From: Thiohalomonadales bacterium
GTDB lineage: Bacteria > Pseudomonadota > Gammaproteobacteria > RBG-16-57-12
DNA length: 64,000 nt
Reading direction: 5' to 3'
NCBI GenBank assembly: GCA_050295955.1
Contig: JBNKQQ010000076.1
Coordinates: 18,255 to 82,254, forward strand
The notes beneath the pieces are model-generated. The model did no database searches, had not been told where the DNA came from, and worked only from the letters and a program-made list of their open reading frames with translations. Shown piece by piece: positions 27,684 to 37,899 of the stretch. The number at the start of each line of letters is the position of its first letter. The stretch's first letter is position 1. Made by a program: the position numbers and the translations under genes.

Positions 27684-27701
27684 TTAGCAGGTAACGCCTG
27701 A

Positions 27702-29066
27702 ATGCCGTTCATTCCCCATACCGAGCAAGATACCGCCGAGATGCTGAAGGCCATCGGCGTGAGTTCTATTGAACAGTTGTTTGATGAGATCCCCGCGACT
27801 CTGCGGGCTACCGGATTGGGAGCGATTCCCGCGGGTCTCAATGAGTTGGAAGTCACTCGCCTTATCCAGCAGGTGATCCGTCAGGATCAACCGTTGAACT
27901 GCTATGCCGGTGCTGGTGCTTATGAGCATCATATTCCGGCAGCGGTATGGGAGCTAGCTACCCGAGGTGAGTTTTATACGGCTTACACTCCCTATCAGGC
28001 GGAGGCGAGCCAAGGCACCTTACAGCTACTCTATGAATATCAAACCATGATGAGCAGCCTGATGGGGATGGATGCCTCTAATGCCTCTCTCTACGATGGT
28101 GCATCGGCATTGGCGGAAGCGGTATTAATGGCGGTTCGCGCCAATCGTAAATCCAAGAGCAAGCGTATTCTGATGCCGGCTACGGTGCATCCCAGCTATC
28201 GCCGGGTGGTAAAGAATATCGTACATAACCAGGGTATTGAGCTGGTAACGTTGGATTATGCCCCTACTGATGGGCGCATTGATCCAGCTACGCTCGATGC
28301 CTATTGTGGCGAGGATTATGCCGCCCTGGTGATTCCTCAACCCAACTTTTTTGGCAGTCTGGAGCAGGCGGACCAGCTGACTGATTGGGCCCATGGCAAC
28401 AATATGCTGGTCATTGGCGTAGTGAATCCGATTGCCATGTCGGTGCTCACTCCGCCAGGAGAGTGGGGAGAGAACGGAGCGGATATCGCTTGTGGTGAAG
28501 GTCAGCCACTGGGCATTCCCCTAAGTTGGGGTGGTCCCTATTTTGGCTTTATCGCCTGTAAGCAGGGCCAGGTACGACAGATGCCTGGGCGTATTATTGG
28601 CCGCACAGTGGATGTAGAAGGCCAGTCTGGCTATGTGTTGACCTTACAGGCCCGTGAGCAGCATATCCGCCGCTCTAAGGCCACATCCAATATTTGTACA
28701 AATCAGGGGCTGATGGTGACCGCGTCTACTATCTATATGAGCCTATTGGGCGCTGAAGGATTGGAGCGTACAGCAGCCATCTCCCATGCTAACACCCAGC
28801 AGTTGCTTGCAGGCTTGACGTCAATCAATGGGGTGACGAAGCTATTTGATTCACCCTGTTTCCACGAAGCCGTCATTCAGCTAAATCAGCCAGTTGAGCC
28901 AGTATTGGAACGTCTGGCGCAGCAGGGTTACCTGGCAGGCTGTGATCTCAGTGAAACTTATCCTGAGCTAGGTAATGCCCTATTGGTTTGCGCTACGGAG
29001 ACCAAGAGCGATGATGAGATCTCCGCCTTTTGCGGGGCATTTGCCCAAGCGATGGGGGAGCAATAG
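27702..29066 (+). CDS. gcvPA: Glycine dehydrogenase (decarboxylating), subunit 1.
   Basis: This is the N-terminal half of a split P-protein. Operon context. Confidence 0.9.
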   Translation: MPFIPHTEQDTAEMLKAIGVSSIEQLFDEIPATLRATGLGAIPAGLNELEVTRLIQQVIRQDQPLNCYAGAGAYEHHIPAAVWELATRGEFYTAYTPYQAEASQGTLQLLYEYQTMMSSLMGMDASNASLYDGASALAEAVLMAVRANRKSKSKRILMPATVHPSYRRVVKNIVHNQGIELVTLDYAPTDGRIDPATLDAYCGEDYAALVIPQPNFFGSLEQADQLTDWAHGNNMLVIGVVNPIAMSVLTPPGEWGENGADIACGEGQPLGIPLSWGGPYFGFIACKQGQVRQMPGRIIGRTVDVEGQSGYVLTLQAREQHIRRSKATSNICTNQGLMVTASTIYMSLLGAEGLERTAAISHANTQQLLAGLTSINGVTKLFDSPCFHEAVIQLNQPVEPVLERLAQQGYLAGCDLSETYPELGNALLVCATETKSDDEISAFCGAFAQAMGEQ

Positions 29067-29068
29067 CC

Positions 29069-30517
29069 ATGCTGATTTTTGAACAAGCACAAGCTAATCG
29101 TATTAACCATGCTCAGCAGCCAGGCGCACCTGTTGAGCTGCCTGCCATCCCCAGCGAATTTCGTCGCAAGCAGCGCCCTACCCTGCCAGGGGTTTCTGAG
29201 TTGCAGGCAGTACGCCACTATACCAAGTTATCTCAGAAGAATTTCTCTATCGACACCCATTTTTACCCTTTGGGCTCCTGTACCATGAAGTACAACCCAA
29301 GAGCCTGTAATAGTCTGGCTATGCACCCCAGCTTTCTGGCACAACATCCATTGACGCCAGCCAGCCATGGCCAGGGTTTCCTGCAGTGTATGTACGAATT
29401 GCAGGAGATGCTGCGTGAGGTGACGGGTATGAAAGGGGTCTCTCTGCAACCTATGGCAGGTGCGCAGGGGGAGTTTGCCGGGGTGGCGATGATCCGTGCT
29501 TATCATGATGCCCGGGGTGATAGTGGTCGAAGCGAAATCCTTTGTCCCGATGCTGCCCACGGCACTAATCCGGCAACGGCTACCATGTGTGGCTATAAGG
29601 TGAGAGAGATTCCCACCGGTGACGAGGGTGATGTAGATCTGGAAGCCTTGAAAGCGGTAGTAGGACCTCAGACCGCGGGTATCATGTTAACCAATCCCTC
29701 CACTCTTGGGGTGTTCGACCGTAATATTAAAGCCATTGCGGATATCGTACATCAGGCCGGTGGCCTGCTTTATTACGATGGTGCCAACCTAAATGCCATT
29801 TTGGGTAAGGTAAAGCCTGGGGATATGGGCTTTGATGTGATCCACATCAATCTGCATAAAACTTTTTCCACTCCCCATGGCGGCGGTGGCCCAGGTTCTG
29901 GACCGATTGGTGTGAGTGAACGCCTGCTGCCCTTTATGCCGGTACCCATGGTAGCCAAGCAGGATGAGCGTTATGTTTGGCTGACCGAGAAAGATCGGCC
30001 ACAATCTATCGGTAGGCTCTCTGCCAACATGGGTAATGCGGGTATTATGCTACGTGCCTATATCTATGCCCGCATGCTGGGTAAATCCGGCATGGAGCGG
30101 GTGGCGGATTACGCTACACTCAATGCCAATTATCTGATGACCAGATTAATTGAAGCGGGCTTTGAGGTAGCACTACCAGGGCGGCGAGCCACCCATGAAT
30201 TCATTGTCACCCTGAAAGGGCTTGCCAAGGAGACGGGTATCACTGCCATGGATGTAGCGAAGCGATTACTGGATTATGGCTTCCATGCGCCGACAACCTA
30301 CTTCCCACTGATTGTTCCTGAGTGCCTGCTGATTGAGCCCACCGAGACAGAATCAAAAGAGGAGATAGATCGCTTTGTTGAGGCTTTGATGAGTGTGAGA
30401 CAAGAGGCCTATGACACTCCCGAGCTGGTAAAAACAGCGCCTCACACATTACCGGTAAAACGTCTTGATGACGTACGTGCCGCAAGGGAGCTCAACCTAC
30501 GTTGGGTGGCGGAGTAA
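29069..30517 (+). CDS. gcvPB: Glycine dehydrogenase (decarboxylating), subunit 2.
   Basis: The start (MLIFEQ...) sits directly after the gcvPA stop, with a GGGGGAG SD. It has a PLP-lysine region. Confidence 0.9.
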   Translation: MLIFEQAQANRINHAQQPGAPVELPAIPSEFRRKQRPTLPGVSELQAVRHYTKLSQKNFSIDTHFYPLGSCTMKYNPRACNSLAMHPSFLAQHPLTPASHGQGFLQCMYELQEMLREVTGMKGVSLQPMAGAQGEFAGVAMIRAYHDARGDSGRSEILCPDAAHGTNPATATMCGYKVREIPTGDEGDVDLEALKAVVGPQTAGIMLTNPSTLGVFDRNIKAIADIVHQAGGLLYYDGANLNAILGKVKPGDMGFDVIHINLHKTFSTPHGGGGPGSGPIGVSERLLPFMPVPMVAKQDERYVWLTEKDRPQSIGRLSANMGNAGIMLRAYIYARMLGKSGMERVADYATLNANYLMTRLIEAGFEVALPGRRATHEFIVTLKGLAKETGITAMDVAKRLLDYGFHAPTTYFPLIVPECLLIEPTETESKEEIDRFVEALMSVRQEAYDTPELVKTAPHTLPVKRLDDVRAARELNLRWVAE

Positions 30518-30619
30518 ATATAAACACCTACCGCAGAGGCGCTAAGGCGCGAAGAGATAATACAAAAAACTCTGCGTCTTGGCGTCTCTGCGTTGAAAAT
30601 TCAAAATAAGGAAACTCGA

Positions 30620-31555
30620 ATGACTGCACTGATTTGTGGTTCTTATGCTTACGACAACATCATGGTGTTCCATGACCGCTTTAAAAACCACATCTTGCCG
30701 GATAAGGTACATATGCTGAATGTCTCTTTCCTGGTACCGGATATGCGCCGTGAGTTCGGCGGCTGTGCTGGCAATATTGCCTATGCTTTGAATCTGCTTG
30801 CGCCTGGAACAGCCCAGCCAATGGCGACAGTGGGAAGTGATTTTGGACCTTATGCTGAGTGGATGGATCGCTGTGGTATCAGTCGTCAGCATATTAAGGG
30901 TTATGGCGACCAGTTTACCGGTCAGGCCTTTATTACCACTGACCTGGATGATAACCAGATTACCGCCTTCCATCCTGGTGCGATGAGCTTGTCACACGAG
31001 AATGAGGTTTCCCATGCGTCGGGGATTTCTATTGGTATTGTTTCGCCAGATGGACGGGATGGTATGATCCAACACGCTGAGCAGTTTGCTGAAGCGAAGA
31101 TCCCTTTTATTTTTGATCCCGGTCAGGGAATGCCCATGTTCTCTGGTGAGGATCTGCTGCGTTTTATTGAACAGGCGGATTATGCCATCTTCAACGATTA
31201 TGAGATGCAGATGATGCAGGAGCGCACCGGCAAAGCACCCCATGAACTAGCGGAACAGCTGGAGGCGTTGATTGTAACCCGTGGTGCAGAGGGCTCATTG
31301 ATCTATACTCGTGAACATCGACTGGAGATTCCCGCCGCCGAGCCGACAGCAGTAGTTGACCCTACCGGTTGTGGTGATGCCTATCGTGGGGGGCTGCTGT
31401 ATGCTTTAATGAACGACATGGATTGGAAAACGATTGGCCGCGTAGCATCATTGATGGGAGCGATCTGTGTTGCTAAACATGGCACCCAGAATTACACCTT
31501 GGAAAAGGATGAATTTGCGCAATTATTCCAAGACAATTTTGGCTATTCTCTGTAA
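30620..31555 (+). CDS. PfkB-family carbohydrate/nucleoside kinase (adenosine-kinase-like).
   Basis: I chose the start at MTALICGSYAY, which has an AAGGAA SD. It has a DPTGCGDAYRGG anion-hole motif. Confidence 0.7.
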   Translation: MTALICGSYAYDNIMVFHDRFKNHILPDKVHMLNVSFLVPDMRREFGGCAGNIAYALNLLAPGTAQPMATVGSDFGPYAEWMDRCGISRQHIKGYGDQFTGQAFITTDLDDNQITAFHPGAMSLSHENEVSHASGISIGIVSPDGRDGMIQHAEQFAEAKIPFIFDPGQGMPMFSGEDLLRFIEQADYAIFNDYEMQMMQERTGKAPHELAEQLEALIVTRGAEGSLIYTREHRLEIPAAEPTAVVDPTGCGDAYRGGLLYALMNDMDWKTIGRVASLMGAICVAKHGTQNYTLEKDEFAQLFQDNFGYSL

Positions 31556-31603
31556 GCTAGGGAAAGCTCAACACAAAAGATAATAAGGTAGGAAGAGATT
31601 TAG

Positions 31604-32386
31604 ATGGCAATCGAACTATTCAACGATGGCGTTCATCGCTGTTTGGCATTTGAAAACCTGGTAAGCGGTGATGGCATTCAGGCAAACCAGTTTTTGGTGA
31701 TCCATGACCGCCATACCGCGTTGATTGATCCAGGCGGTGATCTGACATACACCCCGCTATTCATGGAAGTGATCAAGCATGTGACCATCAAAGAGCTGGA
31801 TTATGTGATTGCTTCTCACCAGGATCCGGACATTATTGCCTCCCTGGACAAATGGATGACCTATACCAATTGCCAGATCGCTTGTTCCAAGTTGTGGTCT
31901 CGCTTCCTGCCTCACTTGATTCCTAAGCATCTGGAGCAGGTTAGCAAGAAGAGCACAGATACTTCTCGTTACATTGCTATTCCAGATGGCGGTATGGATC
32001 TCTCTCTGGGAGATAGCGTGTTAAAGGCCGTTCCAGCCCACTTCCTACACTCTGTAGGTAACTTCCACTTCTATGATCCCATCGCCAAGATTCTGTTTAC
32101 CGGTGACGTAGGTGCCTCTATTGTGGAAGAGGGATTAGATCAACCCGTTACTGATTTTGAGGCGCATCTACCAGCGATGGAGCCTTTCCATCGTCGCTAT
32201 ATGGCGAATAACAAGGCGTGCCGTCTGTGGGTGAACATGGTGCGAAATCTGGATATCGAGATGATTGTACCGCAGCATGGTCGTTCATTCCGTGGCAAAG
32301 AGATGATCAACAAATTCCTGGATTGGTTTGAGGGACTGGAGTGTGGCTTGGATCTGATGGATGAAAGCAGCTATCAGATTCCTTAA
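31604..32386 (+). CDS. Metallo-beta-lactamase-fold protein (flavodiiron-core / ODP-like, with no flavodoxin domain).
   Basis: ASHQDPD sits at the position of the HxHxDH motif. The beta-lactamase-like secondary pattern resembles the N-terminal domain of FprA-type proteins. Confidence 0.4.
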   Translation: MAIELFNDGVHRCLAFENLVSGDGIQANQFLVIHDRHTALIDPGGDLTYTPLFMEVIKHVTIKELDYVIASHQDPDIIASLDKWMTYTNCQIACSKLWSRFLPHLIPKHLEQVSKKSTDTSRYIAIPDGGMDLSLGDSVLKAVPAHFLHSVGNFHFYDPIAKILFTGDVGASIVEEGLDQPVTDFEAHLPAMEPFHRRYMANNKACRLWVNMVRNLDIEMIVPQHGRSFRGKEMINKFLDWFEGLECGLDLMDESSYQIP

Positions 32387-32417
32387 GCGGCATCTCTCCC
32401 AGCCTATGAGACGCCCC

Positions 32418-32446
32418 AATTGGGGCGTTTTCTGTTTTAACGCAAC
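32418..32446 (+). terminator. Rho-independent terminator.
   Basis: GACGCCCC-AATT-GGGGCGT stem followed by TTTCTGTTTT. Confidence 0.7.
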
Positions 32447-32468
32447 CCATTACTCTTGAGAAAACCCC

Positions 32469-33662
32469 ATGACCTTAGCCCCCCTGAAACTGAAAAAAAA
32501 TGAAGAGCGCCGATTACAGGGCGGACATCTTTGGATCTACAGTAACGAAGTGGATATCAAGCAGACACCTCTGAGTGAGTTTGCGCCAGGCCAGTTGGTC
32601 GAGATTATCGCCAGCAATGGCAAGTCGCTGGGTAATGGTTATGTGAATCCTCACTCTCTGATCTGTGGCCGTTTAGTCAGTCGCGATAGCCGTCATCATC
32701 TGGATCAATCGCTTATTACCCACCGTTTGAAGATTGCCTTGTCGTTACGGGAGAGTCTGTTTGATCAGCCTTGCTATCGATTGGTCCATGGCGAGAGTGA
32801 TCTACTGCCTGGCTTGGTAGTGGATCGTTACTTCGACGTACTGGTGGTGCAGTTGACCACGGCTGGCATGGAGAATATGAAGTCACAAGTGGTGGCAGCT
32901 CTGGAAAAGGTACTCAAGCCACGAGCCATTCTGTTACGCAATGACAGCTCGATTCGTAAGATGGAGGGGTTGGATAGCTATATTGAGGATGCTTTGGGTG
33001 GGGCACCTCAAGAGGTGGAGCTGATTGAAAATGGTGTGAAGTTCAATGCACCTATCCAGGGTGGACAAAAGACTGGCTGGTTTTACGATCACCGTATGAA
33101 TCGTGCACGCATGCAGAATTATGTGAAGGGTAAGCGAGTGTTAGACATCTTCAGCTATATCGGTGGCTGGGGGATTCAGGCAGCGGCTGCCGGTGCTGAT
33201 GAGGTGATGTGTATTGATGTCTCTTCCCAAGCTCTGGATCAGGTGCATGCCAATGGTGAATTGAATGGGGTGGCAGACAAATTAGCCTGCTTGGAAGGCG
33301 ACGCCTTTGAGGCGATGAAGGCCTTACGGGAGGCTCGTGAACGCTTCGATGTGGTGATACTGGACCCACCCGCCTTTATCAAGCGCAAAAAGGATATCAA
33401 AGAGGGGACCAATGCCTACCGCCGAGCTAATCAGATGGCTATGCAATTATTGGCCAAAGATGGCATTTTGATCTCGGGATCCTGCTCACACCATTTGGCT
33501 CGTGAGTCACTACAAAATGTGATGCATAAAGCTGCCAGCCACTTGGATCGTAATCTACAATTACTTGAGCAGGGGCACCAGGGACCTGATCATCCAGTGC
33601 ACCCATCAATACCTGAGACTGACTACCTTAAAGCGATTTTCTCCCGGGTATTGAGTCGCTGA
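32469..33662 (+). CDS. rlmI: 23S rRNA (cytosine1962-C5)-methyltransferase-like, a class I SAM MTase with an N-terminal PUA domain.
   Basis: N-terminal LKKNEERRLQGGHLWIYSNEV (PUA) and a DxFxxxGG-type SAM fold. 397 aa. Confidence 0.75.
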   Translation: MTLAPLKLKKNEERRLQGGHLWIYSNEVDIKQTPLSEFAPGQLVEIIASNGKSLGNGYVNPHSLICGRLVSRDSRHHLDQSLITHRLKIALSLRESLFDQPCYRLVHGESDLLPGLVVDRYFDVLVVQLTTAGMENMKSQVVAALEKVLKPRAILLRNDSSIRKMEGLDSYIEDALGGAPQEVELIENGVKFNAPIQGGQKTGWFYDHRMNRARMQNYVKGKRVLDIFSYIGGWGIQAAAAGADEVMCIDVSSQALDQVHANGELNGVADKLACLEGDAFEAMKALREARERFDVVILDPPAFIKRKKDIKEGTNAYRRANQMAMQLLAKDGILISGSCSHHLARESLQNVMHKAASHLDRNLQLLEQGHQGPDHPVHPSIPETDYLKAIFSRVLSR

Positions 33663-33730
33663 GATAGGGAATATTTCATCATTTACGCCGTGGGCTAGCC
33701 ATGGAGAGATAGGGGGGGCAAAACAGTCTA

Positions 33731-35986
33731 ATGAGTTCAACCATCTCTTACTCCTCGGATACCCACGGCGCTGAGCTACTGTTTGGCCCCTCTCATCGGC
33801 TGCATTCTATCGTAAAGTTTCTTCTCGCCAGTATTGTCGCAATGGCATTGCTGCTGATGCTGGTCTACGTGGCGGATCGCCAGTATGAACTTTCCCAGTG
33901 GCAGAAGGAGGAGCGCAGTCATGTGGCTTATGCCGCAGGGCTGTTAGATGAGTTTGCGGTGATGCCTGTTAGTGACATTCTGGCATTGGCCGAGGAGTCT
34001 TATCCGCCAACCGCGGGCAGCGAATCGATAACGCGACGTTTCCAAAACCAGTTACTACATAAGCCTAATTATTATCAGCTACGCTATATTGACCTTGAGG
34101 GTCTAGAGCAGGTGCGGGTGCAGTACCGCGGAGATCAAGTGGTCGAGGTCCCAACTGCACAGTTACAGGATAAGCTGCATCGGGATTACTTCCAGAAAGC
34201 GATATCACTTTCACGGGGACAAGTTTACCTTTCGCCATTGGAGTTGAATATTGAGCACGGTGAGGTGGAGCAGCCGATCCAGCCAGTATTTCGGGTGGCA
34301 ACCCCGGTCTTTGATGATAGGGGGGAAAAAAGCGGTATCATTATTATCAACTTGTTTGGTTCGCAGCTACTGGCACCGTTTGCTGAGTTGGATAGAAGCT
34401 CTCAACAGACGATGAGTTTACTAAATCAACAAGGCTACTGGCTCTATAGCAGTGATCCCTCTCTGCCATGGGGAAGGCAGTTGGGGAGTAATCTGGGGTT
34501 TGCCGAATTCCATCCTGAGTGGCTGCAGATTCAAGGGCAATCGGAAGGGCAGTTGGTATTGGCAGAGGGGCTACTGACCTTTCGGCGCATTGATAAGCCG
34601 GGGCGTCACCTGATTAATGAGAGTGCCAAGATGGAGGAGATGTTTTTTGATGACCTACATTGGTATGTACTCTCCCGCGTTGATAACAGGTTGATCTATC
34701 GGGATGCCAATCATCGTCTTGAATTGATGTTGATCGGCATGCTGCTGATGATTCTGCTGCTGATTCCCGTCTCCTATTTCTGGTCCCGTCACTATATCCG
34801 CTATCGCTATCATAATTTGCTTAATCGTATCTTCTTTACTCTGGCAGAGCAGAGCTCGGATATCATCTATGTGACGGATCGAAGGGGTGTGATTCTGTTT
34901 GCCAATAATGCGGCGGCAGAGAATAGCGGCTACACCTGTGATGAATTGATAGGCCAGCACTCCAATATTTTTAAATCTGGGAGACATAGTGAAGCGTTTT
35001 ATCAGCAGTTATGGCATAACCTGCAAGAGGGTAAGGAGTTTACCGAGATCTTTATCAATTGCCGTAAGGATGGCTCGCTCTATACCGAGCTGAAGACAAT
35101 CCATCCTGCGGTGGATAAGGAGAATGATTTTATCTTTTACATCTCTTCCGGCAAGAATATGACTCGCCTCTACAAGCAGGATCAGCGCTATCTAGAGTTG
35201 ATGGATCAGGCGGTTATTGGCACCTCGTTGCGCTTCGAGCGATTATTGTTATTAATTACCGACTACGCACTATTGGCGAAAGATAGTCTGGAGCAGGGGT
35301 CGTTAGACTTGGCCAGAAAGTTTATCGATGACATTAACAGCAGTACTGATAAAGCCAAGCAGCTGTTTAATGAGTTTGCCTATATTCGTGAACAGCAGAG
35401 CGAGCACCATTTTTTGATGCCGCTCTCACAGTTAATGGATCAGGCGCTGGAGGTTGCACAGCAGCATTATCCTCGGCATAACTTTGAGAAGCGCATGCTA
35501 GCGAATTTTCCTGATGCCCTCTGCTATCGTGACTCGATGAGTGTGGCATTGCAGGCCTTGTTGAAGCAGGTGGTAGAGATGACGCCCAATCATCGGCTGG
35601 TGACTTTGTGTGGCTACGCACTACAAGTGTCGGATCAAGTGTGTCCTTTGTGTGGTGAGTTGATTGACGAGGGGATGGCTGCGGTTGCGATTCGTTGCCA
35701 AGGTGAGGCGTTGGAGCAGCAAGTCCTCTCTCGGCTGTTTGAGCCCTTTTACGGCGTAGACTTGCAAACCCATGTGGATAAGGTCTATTCAGAGATTAAT
35801 TTGAGTATTGTGCGTAATATTGTGCATGCTCACTCTGGTCATATCACCATCAATAGCAATGCAGTTGGTGAGATTGAGATCATTCTCTATTTGCCGACAC
35901 GGGAGCAGGCACAGAAGCAGCGACTCAGCAGTCGTGAGGTGGATCGTTCAATACGGGCTTATCGGCAGGAACTCGAACAGAAGTGA
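33731..35986 (+). CDS. Membrane sensor protein with a periplasmic domain, a PAS domain and a degenerate histidine-kinase-like C-terminal domain.
   Basis: Two transmembrane segments bracket a periplasmic domain of about 280 aa. The PAS region is SDIIYVTDRRGVILFANNAAAENSGYTCDELIGQ. The C-terminus is HATPase-like. I see neither an H-box (HExxxP) nor a G2 box (GxGLGL). Confidence 0.55.
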   Translation: MSSTISYSSDTHGAELLFGPSHRLHSIVKFLLASIVAMALLLMLVYVADRQYELSQWQKEERSHVAYAAGLLDEFAVMPVSDILALAEESYPPTAGSESITRRFQNQLLHKPNYYQLRYIDLEGLEQVRVQYRGDQVVEVPTAQLQDKLHRDYFQKAISLSRGQVYLSPLELNIEHGEVEQPIQPVFRVATPVFDDRGEKSGIIIINLFGSQLLAPFAELDRSSQQTMSLLNQQGYWLYSSDPSLPWGRQLGSNLGFAEFHPEWLQIQGQSEGQLVLAEGLLTFRRIDKPGRHLINESAKMEEMFFDDLHWYVLSRVDNRLIYRDANHRLELMLIGMLLMILLLIPVSYFWSRHYIRYRYHNLLNRIFFTLAEQSSDIIYVTDRRGVILFANNAAAENSGYTCDELIGQHSNIFKSGRHSEAFYQQLWHNLQEGKEFTEIFINCRKDGSLYTELKTIHPAVDKENDFIFYISSGKNMTRLYKQDQRYLELMDQAVIGTSLRFERLLLLITDYALLAKDSLEQGSLDLARKFIDDINSSTDKAKQLFNEFAYIREQQSEHHFLMPLSQLMDQALEVAQQHYPRHNFEKRMLANFPDALCYRDSMSVALQALLKQVVEMTPNHRLVTLCGYALQVSDQVCPLCGELIDEGMAAVAIRCQGEALEQQVLSRLFEPFYGVDLQTHVDKVYSEINLSIVRNIVHAHSGHITINSNAVGEIEIILYLPTREQAQKQRLSSREVDRSIRAYRQELEQK

Positions 35987-35993
35987 CAACCGT

Positions 35994-37871
35994 TTAGGCC
36001 TCACCCAAGCAGAAGCGGGTTATGAGTTCATCTGCTGGGATGGCTTGAGAGAAGAGATATCCTTGAAAGAGGTCACAGCCATGCTGTTTGAGCAGTTCGA
36101 ATTGCTGTTGAGTTTCTACACCCTCGGCAACGATGGTGAGACCTAACTGCTTACCCATGGCAATGATAGTACGAGTGATGGCATCACTGTCCTCATCCAG
36201 AGCAATATCAGAGACGAATTGTCGGTCAATTTTTAGTTCATCAATGGGCAGCTTCTTCAAATAGGCCAGGGAGGAGTAGCCCGTGCCAAAATCATCAATG
36301 GAGAAGCGGATACCGAAATCTTTTAGCTGCTTCATATTGGTAATGGCGGCATCCATGTTTTTCATCAAGCTGTTTTCTGTCACCTCAAAAGTGATACTAC
36401 CTGGCTGATACTGCATCTCTTTCAGAATTCCCAAGGTTTGATGGACAAAGCCCATATTGGTGAGAAGCAGGGGGCTGAGATTGATAGAGATAGCTAGTTC
36501 GCCATTTTTCCAGCGGCTCTGTTGTTGGCACGCATCACGAAGGGTGCGCTGCCAGACGGTATTGATAAGCTTCAGCTCTTCCAAAACAGGAATAAACAGG
36601 GCAGGGCCATTGCCATTGTGTCTGGGATTCTCCCAGCGTAGTAACGCCTCTGCGGCAACCACTTGCAGTGTATTGTCGACTTGTACTTGGTAGTGGCTGG
36701 CAAACTCTTTGTTACTGACGGCATTACGGACGTTACGCTCCAGCGCTAATTGATTTTTCGCCTGTTGCTGCATGGCTTCCTGATAGAAACAGCAGCAATT
36801 TTTCCCCGAGGATTTGGCAGCATACATGGCGGAGTCTGCCTGATGTAAAATCTCATCAATGGTGGCGCTGCCACCTTGAAAAAGTGTGATGCCGATACTG
36901 CAGGAGGAGCGCTCTGCATAATCGTTGAGCATATAAGGATGAGCTAACTGCTGACGGATTTTCTTGGCAATATGCTCTACTCTGGGGGCGGCAACAGATT
37001 CGTTGAAGCCCATATCACTGAGTAATACCACGAATTCATCACCACCAAGGCGGGCCACCATATCGACTTCTCGTACCGAGCCCTTTAGCCGTTTAGCCAC
37101 CTCTTTGAGGAGTTGATCGCCTGCATGGTGACCAAGGGAGTCGTTGATGGTTTTAAACCGGTCCAGGTCGAGAAACAGCATGGCAAGCATTTGTCTTGAG
37201 CGTCGGGATTGAGCGAGCATTAACGTCAGTCGCTCATAGAGCATACGACGGTTAGCTAGCCCGGTCAGTTGATCATAGAATGCGAGGTGGGTAATCTGTT
37301 CTTCAATCTCCTTTTGACGACTGATGTTGACGATACTGACGAGTAATAAATCGTGCTCATCGTCAAATTGATACTTTTTGATATTCAGGGTGTTAGCTTG
37401 AATTCTTCTACCTTGTATCAGTCCATGAGCCGTCTCTCCACTGAGGGTTTTCAAGCTGAATTCAAAATATTTTTCGCTGGGTTTTTTGAAAAAGCTGTTG
37501 AAACGAGCTCGTAGGTGTTTTTGGTCCTCTTCACTGAGAAAGGCGATAAAGGGTCGATTTTCAATGTTGTAGAGTTTAATGCCGACGGTGTTAGCAAAGG
37601 TTTGGTTGGCTTCGATGATGGTACCATCCTGGTTTAATACCACATAGCCAACAGGTGATTCATGGTAGAATTGGGTAAAGTTATCTTTCACTTTAGCCAG
37701 CTCTGTTTCGGTGTTTCTCAGGGTTTTTCGCAGTCGCGTTAACTGATCATTGGTTAATGCGAGCGCTTTGCTCTCTTTGCTTTCGCTTTGTGAGTCGGTC
37801 AGTGACGGTTGATCTTCCTGTTGAGATGGGTATCGGCTGGCCATACTCTTGCTATCCATATGTGATGTCAC
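35994..37871 (-). CDS. PAS-GGDEF-EAL protein (diguanylate cyclase/phosphodiesterase).
   Basis: It carries RLGGDEFVV, plus EAL (EALLRWENP), EVTENS and DDFGTGYSSL motifs. Confidence 0.85.
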   Translation of the reverse strand: MTSHMDSKSMASRYPSQQEDQPSLTDSQSESKESKALALTNDQLTRLRKTLRNTETELAKVKDNFTQFYHESPVGYVVLNQDGTIIEANQTFANTVGIKLYNIENRPFIAFLSEEDQKHLRARFNSFFKKPSEKYFEFSLKTLSGETAHGLIQGRRIQANTLNIKKYQFDDEHDLLLVSIVNISRQKEIEEQITHLAFYDQLTGLANRRMLYERLTLMLAQSRRSRQMLAMLFLDLDRFKTINDSLGHHAGDQLLKEVAKRLKGSVREVDMVARLGGDEFVVLLSDMGFNESVAAPRVEHIAKKIRQQLAHPYMLNDYAERSSCSIGITLFQGGSATIDEILHQADSAMYAAKSSGKNCCCFYQEAMQQQAKNQLALERNVRNAVSNKEFASHYQVQVDNTLQVVAAEALLRWENPRHNGNGPALFIPVLEELKLINTVWQRTLRDACQQQSRWKNGELAISINLSPLLLTNMGFVHQTLGILKEMQYQPGSITFEVTENSLMKNMDAAITNMKQLKDFGIRFSIDDFGTGYSSLAYLKKLPIDELKIDRQFVSDIALDEDSDAITRTIIAMGKQLGLTIVAEGVETQQQFELLKQHGCDLFQGYLFSQAIPADELITRFCLGEA

Positions 37872-37899
37872 ATGCTTTGTTTGATTGTGTTACCCGCGT

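Noticed and set aside
30530-30600. A short CTCTGCGTCTTGGCGTCTCTGCG direct-repeat motif upstream of the PfkB kinase gene.
   Set aside because: It is too short and imperfect to call a regulatory repeat without comparative data.
30542-30973. A 143-aa minus-strand ORF.
   Set aside because: It lies entirely antisense within the PfkB kinase gene and the gcvPB end. It has no RBS and no recognisable protein features.
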